Sequence record: MW349129.1
Length of the DNA stretch: 64,000 nucleotides
Direction: 5' to 3' (one strand)
Both the position numbers and the translations under genes were made by a program. The notes beneath the pieces were generated by a model, which saw only the letters and a program-made list of their open reading frames with translations, ran no database searches and was not told the DNA's origin. Position 1 is the first letter of the stretch. Each line of letters begins with the position of its first letter. Below, piece by piece: positions 10,818-20,659 of the stretch.

Positions 10818-11264
10818 ATGGAAATTTTCAAATTAAAAGAATTAGAAGGTAAACAAGAACAAACAATCGAATTAACTGGTGATGATAAAAATCTTAAAGA
10901 AATTAGAGAAGCATTCTTTAATAGCCAATCAGGTACTTATATGGTAAATAAAACTATCAATGATAATATTGAAGAATTCTTCAAACATGCTGAAGATGGA
11001 GTAACTGTAGATGATGTTTATAAACTTAATGTAATTGTTGAAGACGACAAACAAATTACTTTAGTTAAAGCTGAAAAAGATGATCAATTTAAGAAAGGAT
11101 GTTTCTATATGGTATTTGACTTAATGGGTGCTGTACCTGTTTATACTGATTTAGAAAATCCTGAATCTACATTTGATTTATCTGGCATGTTTAAAGAGGA
11201 TGGTTTCGATTTCTTTAAAACTATTGCAGAAGTATTCCCTACTACTATTGAGCTTAAACAATAA
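10818..11264 (+). CDS. hypothetical protein
   Basis: 148 aa, AGGAG SD. Confidence 0.75.
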   Translation: MEIFKLKELEGKQEQTIELTGDDKNLKEIREAFFNSQSGTYMVNKTINDNIEEFFKHAEDGVTVDDVYKLNVIVEDDKQITLVKAEKDDQFKKGCFYMVFDLMGAVPVYTDLENPESTFDLSGMFKEDGFDFFKTIAEVFPTTIELKQ

Positions 11265-11281
11265 AGAAAGAAGCTGATACT

Positions 11282-12829
11282 ATGGTAGTATTAAATGAAA
11301 CAAGAAAAATAAAAGTATCTGTATATCCTACTCGTATATTAGTTGAAAATTACGAGTTAGGATTTTGTTCTGCAGTAGAAAATTATTTATCAGTGTGGGA
11401 TAAAATATATCATAAACACACTTATAAAGCTTTTAAATATGATGAAGAAAATAAAACTATATCTTTTCCAGCAGGTATTAATACTAAATTATTATTACAG
11501 TCATTAAAAAATCATGGAGAAATTGATTATCAAGATTTCAGAGCAGTTGAAAATTTATTCTTTAAACCTAAACCAAATTATGATGTTAAAATGAATTTTA
11601 AACCTAGAGATCTTCTACAAAGAAAAGCTATAGAATTTTTAAATTCATTTAGTATATATGATCCATCAACTCAAAAATTTCTTTCATTACAAACTGGTGA
11701 AGGTAAAACTTTCTGTGCTTTAAAATCAGTTATTGACAGAGAATTAGTACCTATGATTTTTGTTAATAACAATAAACTTAAAGAGCAATGGGAAGAAAAA
11801 ATAAAAGAGTACACTAATGTTGATGATGAAAAGATATATGTGATTCAAGGGAGAGCAAGTATTAATAAACTATTTAAAATGAAATCTAAAGAAAGAAATA
11901 AAATAGATTTCTATATAGTAATGTATAAAACTTTAAACTCTTTCATTCAAGAAGACGAAGAAAGATTACAAGAATTACTATTAAAAACTAAAGTAGGTAT
12001 TAAGATATTTGATGAAGCACATTTAGATTTTCGCAGTTTAACTAATATTGATATACAAACAGATTTACCATCAATATACTTATCAGCTACGCCTAGAAGA
12101 TCTGACAAATCAGAGAATATGGTATTTAGTAATATATTCTTAAAAACACCTATATTTAGCTCTGATAACTATGATAGACAAATAGCTAATAACAGAAAAA
12201 TACCTTCTAAATATCATGATGTATTTATTATTAGATGGAATAGTAATCCTAAAGAAGTTGAATTAGCTGATTTCATGAAAGCTTCTAAACGTAATGGACT
12301 TAATGTAAATCATTATAGTAAATACTTAATTGAAGAAGATAAAAGAAGAAAAGAATACTTTGATATTGTATTTAATATTATTAATAATGCCATTATGAAA
12401 GAAGAAGTTAAAAAGACTGTGGTTATGTTTAAATTAAAGAATATGATAGATGATTTTTATTCATATTTAGAAGATAAACTTGGTCCTGAAGGATTAGAAT
12501 TTTTAAACTGTATTAGATATTATGATGGTATTGATAAAGAAGAAAAAGATAAAGTATTAGAATCTAACTTAATTATCACTACTGATTTATCTTTAGGCAC
12601 TGGAATAGATATACCTGATTTGAAAGCAGTAATTAATACAGTTCCTTTATCAAGTGAAAGTAAAGTAACTCAAATTATGGGTAGACTAAGATATATTGAA
12701 AATGAAAAATTGATGTTCTTTGATTTGATTGATCATGGATTTAAAAAATTAGTTTCTCAAGGAAGTAATAGATTAAGAAATGTATATAAGAAAAAAGCTT
12801 TAAATATAACTGATTTTAAAATTAAATAA
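11282..12829 (+). CDS. superfamily 2 DNA helicase (UvsW-like)
   Basis: Motif I LQTGEGKT, II DEAH, III SAT, V SLGTGIDIP and VI QIMGRLR. Confidence 0.9.
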   Translation: MVVLNETRKIKVSVYPTRILVENYELGFCSAVENYLSVWDKIYHKHTYKAFKYDEENKTISFPAGINTKLLLQSLKNHGEIDYQDFRAVENLFFKPKPNYDVKMNFKPRDLLQRKAIEFLNSFSIYDPSTQKFLSLQTGEGKTFCALKSVIDRELVPMIFVNNNKLKEQWEEKIKEYTNVDDEKIYVIQGRASINKLFKMKSKERNKIDFYIVMYKTLNSFIQEDEERLQELLLKTKVGIKIFDEAHLDFRSLTNIDIQTDLPSIYLSATPRRSDKSENMVFSNIFLKTPIFSSDNYDRQIANNRKIPSKYHDVFIIRWNSNPKEVELADFMKASKRNGLNVNHYSKYLIEEDKRRKEYFDIVFNIINNAIMKEEVKKTVVMFKLKNMIDDFYSYLEDKLGPEGLEFLNCIRYYDGIDKEEKDKVLESNLIITTDLSLGTGIDIPDLKAVINTVPLSSESKVTQIMGRLRYIENEKLMFFDLIDHGFKKLVSQGSNRLRNVYKKKALNITDFKIK

Positions 12830-12849
12830 TGAAAGGTTGTTGAGGTATT

Positions 12850-13560
12850 GTGTCTATTATATCTCGTGGAGAGGCTATTGATAATTATCAATACCTCAAT
12901 GAATTATTTATAAGTTTTAGAAAAGAAATTAAAGAATTTTTATCTAGTGAGATATTTAAAATTAATCATACTGATTTTAAGAATTCTATTATAGGTAGTG
13001 TTAATTCAGAATTTAAAGTTAAAGAAGAAAAAAGTTCAATTTACTTATTATTAGAAGATAAATTTATTGAATTCGACCTTTATGAAGGATTTATTATCCT
13101 TTACAACTTTAAAGAGAATATTAGTTTAATGAAAGAAAAAATTGATATCCAAAAATCTATAATAGAAAATAAATTAGATACTAGATATAATTCTAATGAT
13201 AAACTTAAAAATAAGAATAAAAAGCTTAACAATGAAATAACTGAAAAGAATAATGAACTTAATGAAAGAATTAAATTAGGTGTTTTAACTAATGCATTAC
13301 TAAATATGTTAAGAATGCCCAATTCATTTAAATTAAAAGAAGAAATAGATGAACTTAATAAAAGTATTGAGAAAAATAATCTAATTATAGAGAATAATGA
13401 TAGTAATATAAAATTATTAGAAGAAGATAAGAAAGATATTAGTAAATATGATTTTAGGTTTGCTAATGATAAATATTTATTCAATAAGATTAGTGAGTTT
13501 GTACAGTACTTTAAAAACGAATATGGTTTTGAATTTTATATTAAAAATGATACTATATAA
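12850..13560 (+). CDS. hypothetical coiled-coil protein
   Basis: 236 aa, GTG start after GAGGT; heptad-rich central region. Confidence 0.7.
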   Translation: MSIISRGEAIDNYQYLNELFISFRKEIKEFLSSEIFKINHTDFKNSIIGSVNSEFKVKEEKSSIYLLLEDKFIEFDLYEGFIILYNFKENISLMKEKIDIQKSIIENKLDTRYNSNDKLKNKNKKLNNEITEKNNELNERIKLGVLTNALLNMLRMPNSFKLKEEIDELNKSIEKNNLIIENNDSNIKLLEEDKKDISKYDFRFANDKYLFNKISEFVQYFKNEYGFEFYIKNDTI

Positions 13561-13571
13561 GGAGTAATTAT

Positions 13572-14204
13572 ATGAATAAAGATCTAAGTAAATTAAGTTT
13601 AGAAGAGTTGAGTGATTTAAAAGAAGAAGTCAATAGATTTTTCAATAACGATTTATTTAAATTTCCAAATGCAGGAATCACATCTAATTTATCTTTACCT
13701 GCAAAGTATTATAATCTTTTATTAGTTAATATTATAGAAGACAGCAAACTAAAATTTACTTTATACGGTATCGATATGATTATTTTTGATTTAGATACAT
13801 TAGAAGTATCAATGAGCGACAAATATGAACACAATATGGGTTTAGCTGAAGAAACTCTAATTTCTAATTATAAAGGTTCTATTGAAGAAGAAAAATTTTC
13901 AGATTCTATAGAAAATGAGAAAAATATACTAAAAGATAAATTTATATTTGAAAATAATATTAGTTCTATTAATAAAGAAATAGAAAATATTAAATCATTA
14001 TTTGGTATCAAGTTTAAATTTATCGAAGATTTTGATGGTTATAAATTAGAAAGAAATCAAGATAATGAAGATACAGAAGAAATTGAAAAAGAAAATATAA
14101 TTGAAGATGATAAGATTACTAAAGAAAGTAATGAACATGAAATTACACATAGTAAAAAAGATTCTTTAATTAAAAGAATAATTAAGAGAGTGGTGAAATT
14201 TTAA
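13572..14204 (+). CDS. hypothetical protein
   Basis: 210 aa, AAGGAG SD. Confidence 0.7.
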   Translation: MNKDLSKLSLEELSDLKEEVNRFFNNDLFKFPNAGITSNLSLPAKYYNLLLVNIIEDSKLKFTLYGIDMIIFDLDTLEVSMSDKYEHNMGLAEETLISNYKGSIEEEKFSDSIENEKNILKDKFIFENNISSINKEIENIKSLFGIKFKFIEDFDGYKLERNQDNEDTEEIEKENIIEDDKITKESNEHEITHSKKDSLIKRIIKRVVKF

Positions 14205-14804
14205 ATGACTGAAGAAAAATTACCTGCATTAAATATTATTGCTTCTGCAGTAACTACTACACCTAAGACTAATACAGAATTTATTAATATAACATTTATG
14301 GTAGATAATCCTAAATTTAAAAGTATGTATTTAGAATTTTCTGACATTGATTTATCAGAAGTATTTAAAAACGAAATGCTTAAAGAAGCTTATGAAAACG
14401 GTCAATTAGCAGAATATACTAAAATTGATCAGACTTTAGATAGTTACAATATTAGAATGATTAAAGATGATACAGTTGTACAAATACAACGTATTAGAGA
14501 TTACTTTGAAGAATTATCTGAATATGCTGATAAATTAATATTCTGGGTTGATGAAATTACTTTATGGTCTCAGTTAATAGAATTAGTTTATGGAGGTTCA
14601 TCAGATAACACATATGAATTACCTTCATACATTGACTTCCAACCTATTGACATTAAATCAGTAGTTAGAATGTCAGCTATAAGAGATGATGATTATTCAT
14701 ATGCAGAAGAACTAATGGGAACAAGTGAATCACTAACAGATTCATCTTTATCAATTTCATCATTCTTATTAACATTCATTAAAAATGCTGGAATATTAAA
14801 ATAA
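14205..14804 (+). CDS. hypothetical protein, possibly a degenerate DEDDh/DexA-like exonuclease fold
   Basis: The pattern (N-terminal strands, FW...LW..L..L, P...IDIKS) recalls small phage 3'-5' exonucleases, but the catalytic acidic residues are not evident. Confidence 0.4.
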   Translation: MTEEKLPALNIIASAVTTTPKTNTEFINITFMVDNPKFKSMYLEFSDIDLSEVFKNEMLKEAYENGQLAEYTKIDQTLDSYNIRMIKDDTVVQIQRIRDYFEELSEYADKLIFWVDEITLWSQLIELVYGGSSDNTYELPSYIDFQPIDIKSVVRMSAIRDDDYSYAEELMGTSESLTDSSLSISSFLLTFIKNAGILK

Positions 14805-14807
14805 AGT

Positions 14808-14825
14808 TTTAAATATATATTATAA
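14808..14825 (+). promoter_or_regulatory. early promoter motif
   Basis: TTTAAATATATATTATAA, an exact copy of the motif also found at 37761, 40619 and 62163(-). Confidence 0.7.
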
Positions 14826-14875
14826 TGATGTATTAATAATAGAATATTTATTAATATAAATAATTTAAATGGAGA

Positions 14876-16132
14876 GTGTCAGATATTATGTTAACAAATT
14901 TTAAAGATCATTTACACAGAGGCGGAAACCTTTCAGTTTCAATTTATACTTTATTTACTAGAAAGAATAAAAATACTGGTAATGCTATTCATGGTGAATA
15001 TATTAACACATATCAATCAAGTCAATATAACAATGTACCTTTCTTAAGTGAAATTGAAAATAATGGTAATCATTATATTTCTTTCTCTTATAACAAGTTC
15101 CAACAAGGTCAAGCACCTATTCGTGAAGACGTATTAATCAGTTATCCACACTTACAAGAATTTAATAATTTCTTAAAAGCAACTTATACAAGCATTAGTG
15201 AGAATTTTAATAATATTTTCTCTAATAATCAAGTTACTCCGGAATATCAACAACATATTTGGCAATCACCAAAATTAGTATCTGGTAAAGAAATTGCTAT
15301 TGCACCTGCAGTAATTCAAAATAATAGAACTAATAATTTTGAAATTGGTTTTAATATTATGGTAAATGATACTAATAAATATGATTTTGTATCATCCAAC
15401 ACATTTATTAGTTTAGTTACTTTATTAGCTAGAATTACTAATGATCCATTAACATTCAGAAATCAATGTGTACAAGCAGAAATGCAAGCTAAAGAAATTG
15501 AAAATAATCAACTATTAAAAGGATTATTAAGAGCTCAAGGTTTACCTACAGACATGAGTAATCATCATATGGATGAAAAATCAGCTCAAGGTAATGCTCC
15601 ACGTAATAATAACTTTAATAATAACAATGGTGGAGGTTTCAATAACAATAATCAATTTGGTAATTTCGGTGGTAATAACGGAAATTTTAACCAAGCTCCA
15701 CAACAAAATAAATTTAATCAACAACAATCTAATAACCAATCTCAAGGAAATTCTTTTGGAAATTTTAATCAACCTCAACAACAACAGAATCAACAACCGG
15801 TACAACAAAATGACAATCCTTTCAATGTGAGTCCGCAACAATCAGCACCACAACAAAGTAATAGTAGTAATCCATTTAATGTTGGTCAAACGGATCAAAT
15901 TAATGATGACGATTTACCATTTGAAACTAAAGAAACTCCACAACAAGATGATAGACAAATTGATAAATCTAACATGTTTAAAGATGCTGAAGTTAACAAA
16001 GAATCAGGTTCTTTAGAAGACTTATCAAATACAGTAAATACTGAAAGTGAAGGTAAAGCTAGTTCTTTACTAGATGATTTCATTAAAAAAGGTAAAGAAT
16101 CAGAACAAGAAGATGATGATTTAGGAATTTAA
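14876..16132 (+). CDS. putative single-stranded DNA-binding protein with N/Q-rich disordered tail
   Basis: Globular N-half, N/Q/G-rich linker, SSB-type DDDLPF motif, acidic C-terminus EDDDLGI, and an early promoter. The function is an inference. Confidence 0.5.
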   Translation: MSDIMLTNFKDHLHRGGNLSVSIYTLFTRKNKNTGNAIHGEYINTYQSSQYNNVPFLSEIENNGNHYISFSYNKFQQGQAPIREDVLISYPHLQEFNNFLKATYTSISENFNNIFSNNQVTPEYQQHIWQSPKLVSGKEIAIAPAVIQNNRTNNFEIGFNIMVNDTNKYDFVSSNTFISLVTLLARITNDPLTFRNQCVQAEMQAKEIENNQLLKGLLRAQGLPTDMSNHHMDEKSAQGNAPRNNNFNNNNGGGFNNNNQFGNFGGNNGNFNQAPQQNKFNQQQSNNQSQGNSFGNFNQPQQQQNQQPVQQNDNPFNVSPQQSAPQQSNSSNPFNVGQTDQINDDDLPFETKETPQQDDRQIDKSNMFKDAEVNKESGSLEDLSNTVNTESEGKASSLLDDFIKKGKESEQEDDDLGI

Positions 16133-16142
16133 GAATTAAATA

Positions 16143-16186
16143 ATATGTGGTCTAATATGGATAAATATCTGTATTAGATCATATAT
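16143..16186 (+). terminator. long hairpin after the SSB-like gene
   Basis: ATATGTGGTCTAATATGGATA pairs with TATCTGTATTAGATCATATAT using G-U pairs on the + strand. Confidence 0.6.
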
Positions 16187-16216
16187 ACCTTTTATTTTTT
16201 ATAAAAAATAAATAAA

Positions 16217-17068
16217 GTGAGTGAATATTATATGGCAAATAAAAAGGATCTAAGTGAGTTAGAAAGAATTATAAGTAGTATGGACACTATCGATGTTAGA
16301 GAAGTTTTTAAAGATGTAAGAAGTTCAGATAATGTTAATGAAGAAGATGATTTAAATTCATCTAAATATAAAGGTGATATTAAAGGTTTAGTAACTAAAG
16401 AAGAATATGAAAGTCTTCCATATTTAGGTAAACGTGCTATTCAGTTTATGGAAAATATTGCAGCTGATAAAGAAAATTTAGACTTTGAATCTTATTTTGA
16501 AAGATATGCAAAAGCATATGGTAAAGATGAAATTGATTCATTTAAAAACACTATGTATAGACTTAAAAGTAGTAAGGTTTTTACAATACAATCATTAATG
16601 ACAATTACTGAAGCTATTGATTATAAAGTTCATATAATAACTGAAGAATTTAAAGGTATGGATGAATTAAGATTATATGAACCTAAACGTAAAGTTAAAT
16701 CTTCTAGATTTATGGGTAAATTAAAATTTGATTTAATGCCAGATGTTATATATGAAGACTTTATATTAGAGTTTGTAGAGTTTTTAGAAGAATTAGGAAA
16801 AGAAGGATATACTTTTGAGATGTTATTCGGAGAACTTGAAAATAATTCTGATGAGAAGAATCCTATAAGTAAAATTAAATCATCTATGGATAAAATGATT
16901 AAACAAGGTAAACTAACTTGGAAGACTATGGAAACAATAACAGAATCTTTAGGTATGAATATTAAAGTTGATTTTATAAAAGATGTTATTGATACTGATG
17001 AAGTTAATAAAATAGATGCTTCTAATCAAATACGACTAGAAGACGATAATATAATTCATAAGAAATAA
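16217..17068 (+). CDS. protein with two XRE/Cro-like HTH-type repeats, putative regulator
   Basis: Internal repeat: SFKNTMYRLKSSKVFTIQSLMTITEAIDYKVHI versus KIKSSMDKMIKQGKLTWKTMETITESLGMNIKV. Confidence 0.45.
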   Translation: MSEYYMANKKDLSELERIISSMDTIDVREVFKDVRSSDNVNEEDDLNSSKYKGDIKGLVTKEEYESLPYLGKRAIQFMENIAADKENLDFESYFERYAKAYGKDEIDSFKNTMYRLKSSKVFTIQSLMTITEAIDYKVHIITEEFKGMDELRLYEPKRKVKSSRFMGKLKFDLMPDVIYEDFILEFVEFLEELGKEGYTFEMLFGELENNSDEKNPISKIKSSMDKMIKQGKLTWKTMETITESLGMNIKVDFIKDVIDTDEVNKIDASNQIRLEDDNIIHKK

Positions 17069-17075
17069 AATATAT

Positions 17076-17105
17076 CCCCTAACCTTATTAATTTAAGGTT
17101 AGGGG
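17076..17105. terminator. bidirectional terminator, repeated palindrome family
   Basis: CCCCTAACCTTATTAATTTAAGGTTAGGGG between convergent genes. The 28-nt core is identical at 39791 and 44734. Confidence 0.8.
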
Positions 17106-17123
17106 AATTGTATTATTTTTTTT

Positions 17124-19034
17124 TTATTCTGTTGTAGTTTCTTCTGGTGTTTCTTCTACTTGTGAAGTAGAAATAGTAACACTAACATCTTTACTTACAC
17201 TATCAGAAGTAACTTTAACTTTAGCAGTTCCTGCAGCTTTAGCAGTTACAAGACCACTGTTGTTAACTGAAGCAAAATCAGTTCCTTCAGTAATTGAGTA
17301 ACTTACAGGATTTCCTTCAGGATCTGTAGTTACTGTTAATTGTTGAGTTTCATTATCTTTCATATCAACACTATCAGGAGTAACTGTTAGACTTTTAGTC
17401 TTTACTCTAGTTACATTAACGTTAACTGTCTTGCTAACAGAATCAGAAACAATCTTAACTTTAGCAGTTCCTACAGCTTTAGCAGTTACAAGACCACTAC
17501 TATTGACTGAAGCAAAATCAGATCCTTCTGTAATAGAATAACTTACAGGGTTTCCTTTAGGATCAGTATTTACTGTTAATTGTTGAGTTGATTCTGCATC
17601 TATGTTAACTTCTTCTGGAGTAACAGTTAGACTCTTAGTTTTTACTCTAGATACATTAATAATAACATCTTTACTTACACTATCAGAACTTACTTTAACT
17701 TTAGCAGTTCCTACAGCTTTAGCAGTTACAAGACCTTTATTATCAACTGAAGCAAATTCAGATCCTTCAGTAATAGAGTAACTTACAGAGTTTGTAGATG
17801 GTTGAATTTTAACGTCTAACTGTTGAGTTGATTCTACATCTATGTTAACTTCTTCTGGAGTAACAGTTAGACTCTTAGTCTTTAAACGGCTTACATTAAC
17901 CTCTACATTTTTAGAAACATCATCTGATTTAACTGTAACGTTTGCAGTTCCTTCAGAAATACCAGTAATATTTCCGTTATTATCAACTGAAGCAAATTCA
18001 GAACCGTCTTTTAATTCAAAGCTTACTTTTCTTCCTTCTGGTTCAGTAGTAACTTCTAATTTCTGAGTTTGTTCTGCTTCAATATTAACTGTCTCTGGAG
18101 TAACAGTTATACTTTTAGTTTGATTAATGCTTTCAAATTTTCCATCTTTAGGATCATAAACAGAATATTCAATTTTCTTATCGATTTCGTTTTGTATAGT
18201 TTCCTCATCTAAAATGCGGATATTGAAATTAACAATATTATCTTGAATGTTTCTCTCAATTACTTTAACTAAGATTTCACCAGTTTTACTAAAGAATAAT
18301 AAACGATTTTTATCTGATTGATATCTAGCATAACTTTCATCACTAATATTTACAGATAATAATTGTAATAGATTTTCTTTAGCTACAGGAGTAACTTCTT
18401 TAGTATCGAAATCTTTATAACCTAAGATTTTATCTAAAGGTAATACAGATTCTTTAAGAACGTTAATATCTTGTTGTAATTGAACAAGACGACCTGTAAA
18501 TTTACCGTATTCTTTAACTTTAATAAAGACTGAATCTTTAACACGTTCAAATAAGTTTTTATGACCTTCAGAAATAGCAATATCATACTTTTCTGAAGCA
18601 TCTTTAGGGAAGTATAATTTAAGTTCATATTCTTCATTAACTTCTAAATCAGAAGTAGGTAAACTTAAAATTTCAGATTTAACATCTTTAGCAGTATAAG
18701 TTTTAACTACAGACTTATCTGAAAGTTTGATTAAGTCAAATTTTAATAATCCTAATACATCACGAGCATCTACAGGATTAATATAGAAAGGTACATTAAT
18801 AAACTTACCAGTTTCTCCTTCAGATTTGAAGTAAACTGTTCTTCTATCATATTTAATTTTACCAGTTTCAGGAAGAGGTTGAACATCAGTAACAGTCCAA
18901 CCAGCTTGTTTTAAGCTAGCTAGATCATTACTAGAAAGAATAACGTTTTCACGAGGTCCACGTTCACCTAATCCTAAAAATGGAATTAATTTTTCATCTA
19001 ATAATTTTACTTTAAAGTAGTTAGTAGTAGCCAT
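17124..19034 (-). CDS. virion surface protein with four tandem Ig-like (Big_2) domains
   Basis: Four ~80 aa repeats KSLTVTPE...QQL.V...P....VSYSITEG..FASV...GLVTAKA.GTAKVKV.SDSVSK. Confidence 0.85.
   Translation of the reverse strand: MATTNYFKVKLLDEKLIPFLGLGERGPRENVILSSNDLASLKQAGWTVTDVQPLPETGKIKYDRRTVYFKSEGETGKFINVPFYINPVDARDVLGLLKFDLIKLSDKSVVKTYTAKDVKSEILSLPTSDLEVNEEYELKLYFPKDASEKYDIAISEGHKNLFERVKDSVFIKVKEYGKFTGRLVQLQQDINVLKESVLPLDKILGYKDFDTKEVTPVAKENLLQLLSVNISDESYARYQSDKNRLLFFSKTGEILVKVIERNIQDNIVNFNIRILDEETIQNEIDKKIEYSVYDPKDGKFESINQTKSITVTPETVNIEAEQTQKLEVTTEPEGRKVSFELKDGSEFASVDNNGNITGISEGTANVTVKSDDVSKNVEVNVSRLKTKSLTVTPEEVNIDVESTQQLDVKIQPSTNSVSYSITEGSEFASVDNKGLVTAKAVGTAKVKVSSDSVSKDVIINVSRVKTKSLTVTPEEVNIDAESTQQLTVNTDPKGNPVSYSITEGSDFASVNSSGLVTAKAVGTAKVKIVSDSVSKTVNVNVTRVKTKSLTVTPDSVDMKDNETQQLTVTTDPEGNPVSYSITEGTDFASVNNSGLVTAKAAGTAKVKVTSDSVSKDVSVTISTSQVEETPEETTTE
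17160..18120 (-). repeat. 4 x 240 bp tandem Ig-domain repeat
   Basis: GGAGTAAC(A/T)GTTA recurs at about 17376, 17616, 17856 and 18096, a period of 240 nt. Confidence 0.9.
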
Positions 19035-19057
19035 TCTTAGAATTCACTTTCCTTTCT

Positions 19058-19624
19058 TTATTTTTCTAATAGTAAATCAATTAAATCTTGTTTACGAGCA
19101 TTTTTATTATACTCAATTCCTTTAGAATCTAATTCTTCTTTAAGCTCAGCTACAGTGAATTCATTTAAATCTTCTTCTGTAACTTCGACTTCTTTAGAAT
19201 CTTTTTCTTCTTCAGAATCTTGCTCTTCTACTTTTTCATCGATAGTAGAATCTTCTTCAGAACTTTGTTCTTCTTTAGTTTCTTCTTTTACTTCGTCTGA
19301 TACTTCGCTATCTGTTCCTTCATCCACTTGCTTCTCTTCGCTGCTGCTTTCATCATTGCTCTGTTCCTCTTGTGATTGAGTATCATTTGATTCAGAAACT
19401 GTTTCATTTTTATCTTCACTCTTATCTTCTTTTTTATTTGATTTATCGCTTGGATATACATAGTCTTCATCAACAATTGTTACTTGTAAACCTAAACGTC
19501 TAAATAAACGAATTTGTGAACCTGAAGCACGGAAAGGTTTAACAAAAGGACCTTTACCTTTACCAGGTACGAATGCTTTTTCATTAATAATAATGAAATT
19601 ATTATCTTCATTGAAATTTAACAT
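19058..19624 (-). CDS. protein with N-terminal PGKG.GP module, acidic linker and C-terminal HeH/LEM (SAP/Rho-N-like) domain
   Basis: The C-terminus DLNEFTVAELKEELDSKGIEYNKNARKQDLIDLL fits the helix-extension-helix pattern. Confidence 0.7.
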   Translation of the reverse strand: MLNFNEDNNFIIINEKAFVPGKGKGPFVKPFRASGSQIRLFRRLGLQVTIVDEDYVYPSDKSNKKEDKSEDKNETVSESNDTQSQEEQSNDESSSEEKQVDEGTDSEVSDEVKEETKEEQSSEEDSTIDEKVEEQDSEEEKDSKEVEVTEEDLNEFTVAELKEELDSKGIEYNKNARKQDLIDLLLEK

Positions 19625-19670
19625 AAATTAGTAATCTCCTTTACCATATTTTATTTTATAAATAAAAGTT

Positions 19671-19699
19671 AAGGAAGGATCTTATAAAAATCCTTCTTA
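19671..19699 (-). terminator. terminator after the CHAP lysin gene
   Basis: AAGGAAGGAT / ATCCTTCTT inverted repeat at the stop codon, with an A-tract on the + strand side. Confidence 0.55.
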
Positions 19700-20494
19700 A
19701 CTAAATGTTCCCCATGCGTTACCAATACGTTGTCCTTTACCATTTGATTTACCAATTGGCACGTATACATATTGTCCTTTAAATTTACCTGAAACCCAGA
19801 TAAGACCATCAAAGTCTTGGATTTCTTCGTATTTAATAGAGTCGCCTTTTTTCATGAATGGACCTGTAGGCCATCCAGTCCATGGACCATTTTTACGAGT
19901 AATAATTCCTGAAGCAACATTACATTTGAAAGTAGCTTTTTCAGTTTTCCATAGAATACCTGCTGAATTACGTTTCCATTTAGCAGATGTAACAGCTTTC
20001 TTAGGAGCTGCTTTCTTAACTACTTTTTTCTTAGGAGCTGCTTTCTTAGTAGATGCTTTCTTAGTAGGAGTACTACTAAAGGCTGGACGAATTACACCCC
20101 AGAATCCTGTATAATCATGGAATACTTTAGCTGCGGGTGAACCATTGCTACCTGCATTAAACCAGTTCTGGTCAATTGAATAGAAATTGTTTAAGTTAGC
20201 TGAAGTGATAATACCTGTATGACCATAAACATCATATGGAGGATTGGCCCAAATAGCTATATCTCCTGATTGAGGCAAGAATGATGGAGTATTTTTAATA
20301 AGTTTCCATCCTTCAGGCATTGTATTATTTTTAAGATCTTTAGCGTTACCCCAAGGCCAGAATTTTCCATCAGTTAAATAATTACAATAACCGATAGTCA
20401 AATCCATACATTGAGCCCCATAAGCACCATCCATGTCAAGTCTACGACCAATACGATTATTAACCCAATTCAAAGCTTGAGTTTTAGTTTTCAT
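19697..20494 (-). CDS. endolysin, CHAP + SH3b (SH3_5)
   Basis: CHAP motifs DMDGAYGAQCMDL and YGHTGI; Lys/Ala/Pro linker; staphylococcal SH3b WKRNSAGILWKTE...GLIWVS....YVP.G..WGTFS. Confidence 0.92.
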   Translation of the reverse strand: MKTKTQALNWVNNRIGRRLDMDGAYGAQCMDLTIGYCNYLTDGKFWPWGNAKDLKNNTMPEGWKLIKNTPSFLPQSGDIAIWANPPYDVYGHTGIITSANLNNFYSIDQNWFNAGSNGSPAAKVFHDYTGFWGVIRPAFSSTPTKKASTKKAAPKKKVVKKAAPKKAVTSAKWKRNSAGILWKTEKATFKCNVASGIITRKNGPWTGWPTGPFMKKGDSIKYEEIQDFDGLIWVSGKFKGQYVYVPIGKSNGKGQRIGNAWGTFS

Positions 20495-20536
20495 ATTTTA
20501 TTCAAACCCTTTCGATAAATTTTCTTTATTTCTTTA

Positions 20537-20548
20537 TATTTAGTTGTT
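20537..20548 (-). promoter_or_regulatory. late promoter AACA-N6-TA
   Basis: AACA-ACTAAA-TA, about 45 nt upstream of the CHAP lysin start. Confidence 0.65.
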
Positions 20549-20590
20549 CTTTTATAAGAATAATAAGTTTCATGCTAGTATAAAAATAAA

Positions 20591-20625
20591 TACCCTAACG
20601 AATCTTTAATATGATCGTTAGGGTA
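20591..20625. terminator. CCCTAA-family hairpin terminator
   Basis: TACCCTAACGA / TCGTTAGGGTA, downstream of the amidase gene. Confidence 0.7.
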
Positions 20626-20659
20626 TATAAAATTATAATTTACATTATAGAACCATTTA

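Noticed and set aside
17160-18120. Regular 240-bp repeats considered as a CRISPR-like or non-coding array
   Set aside because: They are in-frame Ig-domain repeats within one ORF. No CRISPR array, cas gene or reverse transcriptase was found in the window.
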